Source: an uncultured bacterium (GTDB taxonomy: Bacteria; Auribacterota; JACPWU01). Taken from it: a DNA stretch of 32,000 bases. Position 1 is the first letter of the stretch. Each line of letters starts with the position of its first letter. The translations under genes were made by a program, and so were the position numbers. The notes under the pieces were generated by a model that saw only the letters and a list, made by a program, of their open reading frames with translations, made no database searches and was not told the DNA's origin. Below are positions 21,475-29,944 of the stretch, in pieces. The stretch is from contig CAZXEQ010000007.1 in NCBI GenBank assembly GCA_964640155.1, positions 120,001 to 152,000 on the forward strand, written 5' to 3'.

Positions 21475-23436
21475 CTATTGAGGATCTTGCAATAAGCGTT
21501 GTTTCGCATCTTCCTGATAGGGGTTTATCTCCAGTGCTTTCTTCCAAAATCTTCTTGCTTCAGAAAGATTTTTTAATTCTGCATAAACATCTCCTAAGTT
21601 TTTATAGGCATTGGAATAGTTTGGATTAAACTGAATTGCTAATTCAAACTCTTTTTTGGCCGACATCAATATATTCTGATTTCTATTTTTTTGCCATTCC
21701 ATCATAAAAATCACGCCTAAATTATTATGTGCTTCGGGATAATTGAATTGAAGTTGTAGAGCCTTTATAAATTCCTGTTTTGCTGCTTGGATGTTTCCTT
21801 CTCTTCCATAGGCGACTCCTAAATTCCCATGAATATGCGAACTGTTCGAAAGCTTGGCTGTTTCCTTCCAGATCGTCTTTTCATCTTTCCAGTCAAGGTT
21901 TCTAATCACCGTCAGCATACTGCAATAGATAACATAGATGGGAATAGGGGAGAAAATAATTTTTTTAAGTGTATCTTGAATTGAAAAATGAGGTTGAAGA
22001 CGAAGCAGAGAGACCATCCATTGACTCATACAAACAAAAATACCAATAGAAGGAATGTAAAGCCAATGTTCGGCCATGTTGGCATTCAGAGGCATGATAT
22101 CCATGAAGGGGATAAGTGCAATTAAAAAGAAAGCAAGACCGAAGAAAAGAGGTTTAGATTTTTTGTAGAAATAAAAAGTAAGTCCAAGTAATGTCAAAAA
22201 CCCTAGGAAACAAAAGATGTAAGGGAGTTCCTTAATGCTTTGGGGGAAGAAATGAAGAGCGTAGGGAGTACTGCGCTCCATATGAAGATTAAAAGGGAAA
22301 AGAAGTATCCAAAAATAACCAAGATCAAAAAAGTGTGTATCTACATTTCTGGCAAATCCAAAAAGGCTTCGAGTAAAAGTAGTAAATCTTAAAAAGGCAG
22401 GAATCTGACGGGCAGGCTGTTCTTTTAAAAGGGGAATATTTGCAAAGTCTAAAATAGTAGAACGAAGATAAAGATAAGCTCCTAATATCAAAAGAAAAGG
22501 TAAATATCTTAAGATGATATGGGACCACGTTGTTTTCTTTTGAACAGAAGGTGCGACAAGATCCGTTAGAATTAAATAAGCAGGAAGCATGATGGCCATT
22601 TCTTTTGACATGAGAGCAAAAACAAAAGCAATGATGCTACCTAAATAAGATAAAGTTTTCTTTTGAGTGTTTATGAAGTCTTTGCTTTTAATGTAAAGAC
22701 AAAGTGATGCAAGGATGAACATTGTTGCCAGAGAATCTGCTCGTCCAGCTATGTAGGTAACAGCTTCAGTGTGAACGGGGTGAACAGAATAGATTAAGCT
22801 TGTGATCAAGGCTAAATCTTTTCGTCTAAAAATAAGAAAAATATACAGATAAATAAGAATGCAAACTAAAGCATGAAAAAGTGTATTTGAAATATGAAAT
22901 ACAACAGCAGAGTTCCAGCTTTTGGCATAATCTGCTTGTGATTTTATAAAGAACTCGGCAATTTTATAATCAAGCATATAGGTTAAAAGTTGAGTTGGAC
23001 GCCAGAAATTGCTGTCTCGATCACCGCCCTTAAAAGCATTTTCCGTGAAAAATTGAGGAATATGCTTTGTATCGCGTAAATAGTTATTTTGAACAACAAG
23101 AATTTCATCATCCCATACAAATTTATTTTGGAATGAATTTGCATAAAGAAGGAAAACCAGGGAAAAGAGAAGACCTAAAACCACACAGTGAAATTTATTC
23201 GAAGATTGAAGAGATTGTGTTTGTGAAATAGGCAGAGGAGATGAAGTTTTAAAGTCAGGACTACCTGTTTTAAAACGTAAATCTTCCTCACGAGTTCTTT
23301 GAAGACGCAGATTATTAATGGCGTGTACAATGGAGGATTTATCAACTTTAAGATCTTCTGCCAATTGACGATTAGAACGGGTTCTAAAGTGGGTTTTAAT
23401 GTATTCTAGATCTGACTTCGTAAGCTTTTGGGGCAT
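21475..23436 (-). CDS. Multi-pass membrane GT-C-like (PMT_2/TMTC-like) protein with C-terminal TPR repeats and an HTH-like N-terminus
   Basis: FVWDDEILVVQNNYL motif after the first TM helix; about ten further hydrophobic segments; C-terminal TPRs (HGNLGVAYGREGNIQAAKQEFIKALQL, AYKNLGDVYAELKNLSEARRFWKKALEINP); N-terminal SNRQLAEDLKVDKSSIVHAINNL. Confidence 0.65.
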   Translation of the reverse strand: MPQKLTKSDLEYIKTHFRTRSNRQLAEDLKVDKSSIVHAINNLRLQRTREEDLRFKTGSPDFKTSSPLPISQTQSLQSSNKFHCVVLGLLFSLVFLLYANSFQNKFVWDDEILVVQNNYLRDTKHIPQFFTENAFKGGDRDSNFWRPTQLLTYMLDYKIAEFFIKSQADYAKSWNSAVVFHISNTLFHALVCILIYLYIFLIFRRKDLALITSLIYSVHPVHTEAVTYIAGRADSLATMFILASLCLYIKSKDFINTQKKTLSYLGSIIAFVFALMSKEMAIMLPAYLILTDLVAPSVQKKTTWSHIILRYLPFLLILGAYLYLRSTILDFANIPLLKEQPARQIPAFLRFTTFTRSLFGFARNVDTHFFDLGYFWILLFPFNLHMERSTPYALHFFPQSIKELPYIFCFLGFLTLLGLTFYFYKKSKPLFFGLAFFLIALIPFMDIMPLNANMAEHWLYIPSIGIFVCMSQWMVSLLRLQPHFSIQDTLKKIIFSPIPIYVIYCSMLTVIRNLDWKDEKTIWKETAKLSNSSHIHGNLGVAYGREGNIQAAKQEFIKALQLQFNYPEAHNNLGVIFMMEWQKNRNQNILMSAKKEFELAIQFNPNYSNAYKNLGDVYAELKNLSEARRFWKKALEINPYQEDAKQRLLQDPQ

Positions 23437-23479
23437 AAAGAGTTGTCACTTTATTTTAGAAGATAAAAAACCCATTTTA

Positions 23480-23977
23480 CTATCTAAAATTGCTAAATTG
23501 AAGAGGAATGGACAGATCTTTTTGTTTTAGAAAATTCATCACAGTTTGCAAATCGTCTTTGCTTTTAGCAGTAATTCGAATTTGATCGTTTTGAATTTGA
23601 GGCTGAACTTTGAGACCTAAATCACGAATAGATTTGTTAATTTCTTTTGCAATATCTGTGGGAATTCCCATTTGAAATTCAATCGTTTGCCGTACAGAGC
23701 CATCAATTCCTTGCTCCTCGTTTCCATATTTTAAAGACTTAAGAGGAACATTACGAGCTGCGAGCCTCTCCTTTAAAATGTCTAAGAGAGTCGCATATTT
23801 CATTTTATCTTCAGCAATAATTTGGATTTTATTCTCTTTACGATCAAAGTTGACTTCACATTTTGACCCTTTAAGATCGTAACGAGTTAAAACAATTTTT
23901 TTGGTTTGATTGACGCCATTGTCGACTTCTTGAAGGTCAATTTTTGAAATAATGTCAAATGAGTATTCGGACGGCAT
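23480..23977 (-). CDS. yajQ: YajQ-family (UPF0234) nucleotide/c-di-GMP-binding protein
   Basis: MPSEYSFDIISKIDLQEVDNGVNQTKK is a typical family N-terminus; a strong SD, AAGGAGGAATAA, lies directly upstream. Confidence 0.85.
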   Translation of the reverse strand: MPSEYSFDIISKIDLQEVDNGVNQTKKIVLTRYDLKGSKCEVNFDRKENKIQIIAEDKMKYATLLDILKERLAARNVPLKSLKYGNEEQGIDGSVRQTIEFQMGIPTDIAKEINKSIRDLGLKVQPQIQNDQIRITAKSKDDLQTVMNFLKQKDLSIPLQFSNFR

Positions 23978-24013
23978 TTATTCCTCCTTAAAAGAATTAA
24001 CTTTAGAATCGAT

Positions 24014-24946
24014 TTATTGTTTTTCAATATGACATAACGCTGCTTGATTCGCATCATATTTTTTCCAACTCACAGGCTTCTCATGACATATGGACAAAAC
24101 ATGAGAACAGACCTTTATGAAGGGACATATTTTCTCCCATTTAAAATCACGACGAAATGTTTCCCAAAGATTCTCTTGATGAACAATGTATTTTTCAGAA
24201 TTTATTAAGCGCTCTGTATAAGGATGAACCGCATATGTTTCTAAAGCCTTTACAGATCCTTGTTCAACAAGTTTTCCTTGAAACATAACAAGAATACGAG
24301 AAGCAATAGATTTTACAGCCTCCATATCGTGAGAAATAAAAATCAATGAAAATTCAAGCTTCTGAGATTTTTCTTTTAAAAGTTGTAAGATTTGTTTTCT
24401 TAAGAAGACATCCAAAGATGAGGTGATCTCATCGGCTATTAAAATACGAGGTTGCAGGCTTAAGGCTCGAGCAATAGCAACTCTTTGAAGTTGACCTCCA
24501 CTAAGTTGTCGAGGAGTACGCTGCAATAATGCCAAATCCAGGTCAAATTCTAAGAAAATAGATTCGATTCTTTTTTGAATATCTTTTGAAGGAATAAAAT
24601 GATGAATTTTTAGAGGTTCTGCCAATATTTCGAAAACAGTCATTCTCGGATTAAAAGAAGACATCCAGTCTTGAGAAATCATCTGAATGAATCTAGATTT
24701 TTCTTTTATGGTGAATTGAGATAGAGGCTGATTTTTAATAACGATCTCGCCTGATGTTGGTTTGAGTAATCCAATCAAAAGCTTAGCTAACGTGGATTTG
24801 CCTGAACCACTTTCGCCTACAATACCAATTTGCTCATGATCATTTAAGGTTAAGTCAAATCCTTCAAGGGCATAAGAAGACGCATTTTTTTGATAGCTTT
24901 TCGAAAGTTTATTAACTTTTAGCAGATTATTCATTCGTTTCACCAT
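24014..24946 (-). CDS. Opp/Dpp-type peptide ABC transporter ATP-binding protein (OppF-like)
   Basis: Walker A GESGSGKST, signature LSGGQLQR, Walker B ILIADE, and a C-terminal Cys-rich oligopeptide-transporter extension. ATG 24934 is an alternative start. Confidence 0.88.
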   Translation of the reverse strand: MVKRMNNLLKVNKLSKSYQKNASSYALEGFDLTLNDHEQIGIVGESGSGKSTLAKLLIGLLKPTSGEIVIKNQPLSQFTIKEKSRFIQMISQDWMSSFNPRMTVFEILAEPLKIHHFIPSKDIQKRIESIFLEFDLDLALLQRTPRQLSGGQLQRVAIARALSLQPRILIADEITSSLDVFLRKQILQLLKEKSQKLEFSLIFISHDMEAVKSIASRILVMFQGKLVEQGSVKALETYAVHPYTERLINSEKYIVHQENLWETFRRDFKWEKICPFIKVCSHVLSICHEKPVSWKKYDANQAALCHIEKQ

Positions 24947-25946
24947 AAAGCCAGCAACGTACCTCTTGTTCTTCTTTAATAAAGACAGGAGGCATTTTTT
25001 TTGTGCAAATAGATTTTACATCGGGACAAAGGTGAGTGTAGGGACAAGCATTATGAGAATCTACTTTCTGTAGTTTTTGATGGGATGCTTTTTCAACTCC
25101 CATTAAAGCTTGTGTATAAGGATGAAGAGGGTTGTTTAAAATTTTTTGCGCAGGGCCTTGTTCAACTAAACAACCTTTATACATGACTAAAATTTGATGA
25201 GAAATCGATCCTATTGCTTTTAGGTCGTGAGAGATTAAAAGAAGCGTTAAATTTTTCTGAACGTTTAATTCTTTTAATAGATGCAAGATGCCCCATTTTA
25301 ATGTGGGATCTAAAGCAGTGGTGGGCTCATCAGCAATTAAAAGTTTTGGATGATGAAGGAGAGCTAATGCAATCATTAAACGTTGAAGTTGTCCTCCACT
25401 TAATTGATGGGGGAAACTTTTTAAGATTCTCTTTTCTTCGTAAAGCTGAACCTGATTCAAAACTTCTGAAATACGAGAAATAGGTAAAGAGCCCAATACC
25501 TCTTCAAACTGTTTTTGAATTCGAATAGAAGGATTAAAAAAGGTAAATGGATTTTGAAATACAATATTGATTTGTTTGCCTCTAATTTTTAAATAATCCT
25601 CATCACAAATTTGAAGAAGATTCAGCCCTTGATATTCAATTTTTCCAGAAACCTTTATCGATGGAAACTTGATTTTTAAAAGTCCCATCAAACTTAAGGC
25701 TGTAAGTGTTTTCCCAGAACCTGATTCCCCAATGAGTCCTGTGATTTGATTTTCTAAGAGAACAAAAGAAAGATCTTCAACAACTTTTTTATATTTACTG
25801 ACAGGGCCGTTATTTATCTGACGGTCCGACAGGACTTTCGATCGGCCCTGTAGTACTACAAGTTCTTGATGTGTATTATAAACTACGGACTTGTTAGTAT
25901 GAAGATCGTCTTTAAATGCAATATTAAGATTCTGAATGGAAATCAC
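24927..25946 (-). CDS. Opp/Dpp-type peptide ABC transporter ATP-binding protein (OppD-like)
   Basis: GTG start; Walker A GESGSGKT, LSGGQLQR, LLIADEPTTALD, and a C-terminal HPYT plus 4-Cys extension. There is an extra insertion of about 30 aa near the N-terminus. Confidence 0.88.
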   Translation of the reverse strand: MISIQNLNIAFKDDLHTNKSVVYNTHQELVVLQGRSKVLSDRQINNGPVSKYKKVVEDLSFVLLENQITGLIGESGSGKTLTALSLMGLLKIKFPSIKVSGKIEYQGLNLLQICDEDYLKIRGKQINIVFQNPFTFFNPSIRIQKQFEEVLGSLPISRISEVLNQVQLYEEKRILKSFPHQLSGGQLQRLMIALALLHHPKLLIADEPTTALDPTLKWGILHLLKELNVQKNLTLLLISHDLKAIGSISHQILVMYKGCLVEQGPAQKILNNPLHPYTQALMGVEKASHQKLQKVDSHNACPYTHLCPDVKSICTKKMPPVFIKEEQEVRCWLYGETNE

Positions 25947-26746
25947 AGACTCTCCTTAATATGAGCTTGACGTCTAAGGCTATCGCTAATGAGGTTTAAA
26001 CTTAAAATAATTAAAGCAATGAGGAGGCCTGGGAAAAAACTCCACCAAGGAGCAATGCGAAAATAGCGAGCTCCCTCATAAATCAATTTTCCCAAGGAGG
26101 GAAGAGGTGGAGGAGAACCAAATCCTAGAAATGATAGACTTGCTTCTGAAAGAAAAACGGAAGAAAGTGTCATGACAGAAACAACCGAGAGAACGGGCAC
26201 ACAATGTGGCAAAATATGACGTAGCAAAATATAAAAATGTCCTGCCCCCAACAGACGTGTTGAAACAACAAATTCCTTGGCTTTGATCGTTTGTACCGTT
26301 GCACGGCTGATACGGGCCATTGAAGCCCATCCTGAAACAATTAAAGAAATTAAAATGGTGGTATTTCCTCCTCCTAAAACTGCACACACAGCAATTGTAA
26401 GAAGTAATGAAGGAAATGCTAACATGGCATCAATAAGCCCAACAATGATGGCGTCAATAATGCCTCCGAAATATCCTGCTAAGACCCCTAAGAAAGTTCC
26501 GATTAGAATAATAAAAAAGGTAGCTAAAAGTGCCGTTTGACAGCTTTCTTTAAGAGCAAAAACTGAACGAATAAACAGATCTCGTCCCAATTGATCTGTT
26601 CCAAAAAAATGAGTCATACTAGGGGATTGTGGTTGAATCACGAGATTGACTGCCAGAGGGTCATAATGACTTAAAATAGGGCCTAGGAAGGCTAAGAGTA
26701 AGAGAATGCCAATGATGAATAGCCCTGAAATGCGTAATTTATCCAT
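25943..26746 (-). CDS. Peptide ABC transporter permease (OppC/DppC-like)
   Basis: Multi-TM protein with an RHILPHCVPVL-type motif. Its stop overlaps the OppD-like start by 4 nt. Confidence 0.85.
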   Translation of the reverse strand: MDKLRISGLFIIGILLLLAFLGPILSHYDPLAVNLVIQPQSPSMTHFFGTDQLGRDLFIRSVFALKESCQTALLATFFIILIGTFLGVLAGYFGGIIDAIIVGLIDAMLAFPSLLLTIAVCAVLGGGNTTILISLIVSGWASMARISRATVQTIKAKEFVVSTRLLGAGHFYILLRHILPHCVPVLSVVSVMTLSSVFLSEASLSFLGFGSPPPLPSLGKLIYEGARYFRIAPWWSFFPGLLIALIILSLNLISDSLRRQAHIKESL

Positions 26747-27669
26747 TATTGTTTGGCTCGTAATTTTGGATTTAAAAAGTGGATAATCATGTCTGCAACT
26801 GCATTCACAAGAATAAAAATAACAGCCGAAAAAAGAACCATGCCCATGATAACAGGATAATCTCTTCTCCCAAGTCCAGTTAAAGCATATTTACCAATTC
26901 CTGGAATGCCAAAAATTGTTTCCGTAATGGCTGCACCGCTCAGTAAGCTCCCAAAATCAAGTGCGAGTGTTGTTAAAATAGGGGCCCAAGCATTCTTTAG
27001 CGCATGCATAAAAATAATACGACGACGTGATAAACCTCTAGCCCATGCGGCTAGAATGTAATCTTCACGAAAGATTTCAAGCATTTGGGCTCGGGTAATA
27101 CGAGCAATCATAGCTGCAGGGCGAATGCCCAAAACAATTCCAGCCAAAATAAAATTTAATGCTAAAGGACTCAAAGAATCAATTCCAGGTAAAGTATCAA
27201 TTTTTGAAGCAAACATCAGAACCAAAACACCTACCCAAAAAATAGGCAATGAAATTCCCAATAAAGAAAAAGTCATAATACTTTTATCCCATAAAGAATT
27301 TGGAAAAGTTGCAGATAAAATACCTATGGGGATTCCAACAAGAGCAGAAATACCTACTGCAAGTATTGCTAGCAAAAAAGTAAATGGAAATCTTTCAAGA
27401 AGACCGGAAATCACACTTTCCTGATTGAAGTAAGAGCGTCCTAAGTCTAAATGGAGGGTTCTCCAGATATATTTAGAGAATTGAATAGGCAAAGATTGAT
27501 CTAATCCCCATTGTTTTTTAAGACTTAGTATTGTTTCAGCATCTGCTCTTTGTCCCACAAAATTTTGAACAGGATCTCCAGGAACACAGTAGATGAGAAG
27601 AAATGTAACAAAAAGAACCGCTGTTAAAATAAATACAGTTCCAAGTAATTTTCGTAAAAAATATTTCAC
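26746..27669 (-). CDS. Peptide ABC transporter permease (OppB/DppB-like)
   Basis: GTG start; multi-TM; MHALKNAWAPILT-type motif. TAATG overlap with the next gene. Confidence 0.85.
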   Translation of the reverse strand: MKYFLRKLLGTVFILTAVLFVTFLLIYCVPGDPVQNFVGQRADAETILSLKKQWGLDQSLPIQFSKYIWRTLHLDLGRSYFNQESVISGLLERFPFTFLLAILAVGISALVGIPIGILSATFPNSLWDKSIMTFSLLGISLPIFWVGVLVLMFASKIDTLPGIDSLSPLALNFILAGIVLGIRPAAMIARITRAQMLEIFREDYILAAWARGLSRRRIIFMHALKNAWAPILTTLALDFGSLLSGAAITETIFGIPGIGKYALTGLGRRDYPVIMGMVLFSAVIFILVNAVADMIIHFLNPKLRAKQ

Positions 27670-27683
27670 TTTTTAACCTTTAA

Positions 27684-29240
27684 TCAATTAATTTCAATTT
27701 GAGTAAATTTCTCACCATTGTAAAGAGGATGGGGAGAAAAATTTTTTATTCTAGGTTGCTGAACCAGAATGCTTCTGGAGCTATATAAAAAAGTTATGGG
27801 GCAGTCTTCAACCACTTTTTCTTGAATCTCTCGATAAAGAAGATCTCTTTCTTCTTTATCACTCGTATATTGAGCTTTTTCAATAAGATGATTCACCTGC
27901 ACATTTTGAAAGCGGGTGTAATTGCCGCCATTTCCAAAATTGGTACTGTGAAAAAGGGGATAGAGAAAGTTTTCGGCGTCAGGATAATCTGCCCACCAAC
28001 TTAAAATAAAAAAATCAAAATCTCCGTCAATAAGACGTGTCTTAAATGCGCTCCATTCTTGAACAACAATTTTTGACTGTAAACCGGCTTCTTTTAACTG
28101 AGACTGAATGGCCTCTGATAATTCCAATGTTTCTTCATTTGCGCTTTGTAAAAGAATCAAAGGTTGATCGTTTAATTGCTTAGAGTGATTTTTAATCCAT
28201 TGCCTTGCTTCATCCTGCCCAAAAGAATTGAGTATCAATTTGTTATCTTGAAGGAGAACAGAAGGAATAGGGCCATTTAATAAAACAGCTCTCTCTTTTC
28301 GTAAAGTATGAACGATTGTTTTTTTGTCAATTAACGCATCGATCATTTTACGAAATTCTTTCTGAGAAAAAGGAAGTTTTTGACAATTGTATCCTAAATA
28401 ATAGAGGCTTAAATTGTCTTGAATCAAAATTTTGTCTTTCCATTGAGGTTGTTTTTGATAAAGAGGAATTTCTGGACCCGGAATTTCAATAATATCGAGT
28501 CGTCCTCTTCGAAATTCTGAAGAAACAAACAAAGTTTCTTTAATGATACGAAAGGAAATCCCATCAATCTTGGCTTTTTCTTCATAGTAGACGTCATTAC
28601 GTTTTAGGAAAATTTCATAGTCATGCTTCCAATAATCTAGAATAAAGGGGCCTGTTCCTATTAATTTATTTTTTAGAAAAGAATCTTTAGAAATAATACT
28701 CGCATTAGGCATGGTTAAAAGAGATAGAAAAGGTGAAAAAGGTTTTTCTAAAGTAATCATAATTTCATAGTTGTTTTTCTTCTGTAGCCCAATGAGATGA
28801 TCTGATTTTCCAGACCGAAAATCTTCAAAACCTTTTACATGAGATAAAATCCAAGATCGGCCAGACATGGTTTTAGGATGAGCGAGTCTTTCCAAACTAA
28901 AAAGAACATCTTCTGCCGTTAAAGGACTTCCATTTGAGAAAGATATATTTTCTTTCAGTGAAAAATGATAAGTCTTCCCATCGCTTGAAATTTCGCAGGT
29001 ACGTGCAAGATGAGGTTGGAGGTTTAAATCTCTATCGTAGCCAATAAGCGTGTCATAAATTAAAGCGCTGAGACGACCGCTTCGAACATCAGTCATCAGG
29101 GCCGGATCTAAAGTCGTAGGATCTGTGTCTAAATAAAGATGAAGAATTTTTGATTTTGAACTATTTTGAGCACAACTCCATGGCAGAGAAAAAATGAGAA
29201 GAGTTATAATGAGTAAAGATTTAAACCTAGATGTTTTCAT
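27684..29240 (-). CDS. Family-5 extracellular solute-binding protein (peptide-binding, OppA/DppA-like)
   Basis: Signal peptide MKTSRFKSLLIITLLIFSLPWSC; DTDPTTLDPALMTD motif. I place the start at ATG 29240, which forms an ATGA overlap with the upstream stop; the ORF track uses GTG 29246. Confidence 0.85.
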   Translation of the reverse strand: MKTSRFKSLLIITLLIFSLPWSCAQNSSKSKILHLYLDTDPTTLDPALMTDVRSGRLSALIYDTLIGYDRDLNLQPHLARTCEISSDGKTYHFSLKENISFSNGSPLTAEDVLFSLERLAHPKTMSGRSWILSHVKGFEDFRSGKSDHLIGLQKKNNYEIMITLEKPFSPFLSLLTMPNASIISKDSFLKNKLIGTGPFILDYWKHDYEIFLKRNDVYYEEKAKIDGISFRIIKETLFVSSEFRRGRLDIIEIPGPEIPLYQKQPQWKDKILIQDNLSLYYLGYNCQKLPFSQKEFRKMIDALIDKKTIVHTLRKERAVLLNGPIPSVLLQDNKLILNSFGQDEARQWIKNHSKQLNDQPLILLQSANEETLELSEAIQSQLKEAGLQSKIVVQEWSAFKTRLIDGDFDFFILSWWADYPDAENFLYPLFHSTNFGNGGNYTRFQNVQVNHLIEKAQYTSDKEERDLLYREIQEKVVEDCPITFLYSSRSILVQQPRIKNFSPHPLYNGEKFTQIEIN

Positions 29241-29944
29241 AGACACGCATGGATGAATGTTTCAAAAAGCTTTTGTTGTAACAAAGAACTTTCAAATAAA
29301 TCTTCCGGATGCCATTGCACACCTAAAATCCATTTCGAGTTCAAGCTTTCAATGGCTTCAACAACATTGTCTTTAGCTTGTGCAGAAATTTTAAAACCAT
29401 TCGCAAGATTTTTTACTGCTTGATGATGACGGCTGTTGACTTCAATTTCTGAAGGAAAAATTTTAGATAATTTCGAATCTGAAGCAATGGTAATTGCATG
29501 GGAGGAAGAACTGCCATCTTGTTTGCGACAATGAAGTTTTGAGCTTTGAGGATCTGTTAAGTCTAAATGGAGTGATCCTCCCATAGCAACATTGATAGCT
29601 TGCATTCCAAGACAAATTCCAAAAATAGGAATATCTTTTTTATGGGCTTTCTGAATTAAAGGAAGCTCAAATCGAGCCCGATTTTCTTCCGAGGGAGTAG
29701 GATCTTTTACATCTTTTTCTCCCCAAAAATGAGCAGGAATATCTCCACCTCCGGTTAAGAGTAGACCATCCATCTTAGATAATAATTCATGTGGTTGAAT
29801 GTCCTCATGCGCAGAGATTAAAAAGGGCAGACCGCCGCTTTTTTTAATAGCTTGTATATAATTCTCAAGCTTGGCTTTTGCCTGAACGCTCAAGGGCTCT
29901 TGGAAGCCTGTAATGATAGCAATTCTCGGTTTTTTACCTAACAT
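29237..29944 (-). CDS. Class-I glutamine amidotransferase-like peptidase C26 (gamma-glutamyl-GABA hydrolase/PuuD-like)
   Basis: Nucleophile elbow FGICLGMQ and His motif GVQWHPE. Confidence 0.8.
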   Translation of the reverse strand: MLGKKPRIAIITGFQEPLSVQAKAKLENYIQAIKKSGGLPFLISAHEDIQPHELLSKMDGLLLTGGGDIPAHFWGEKDVKDPTPSEENRARFELPLIQKAHKKDIPIFGICLGMQAINVAMGGSLHLDLTDPQSSKLHCRKQDGSSSSHAITIASDSKLSKIFPSEIEVNSRHHQAVKNLANGFKISAQAKDNVVEAIESLNSKWILGVQWHPEDLFESSLLQQKLFETFIHACL

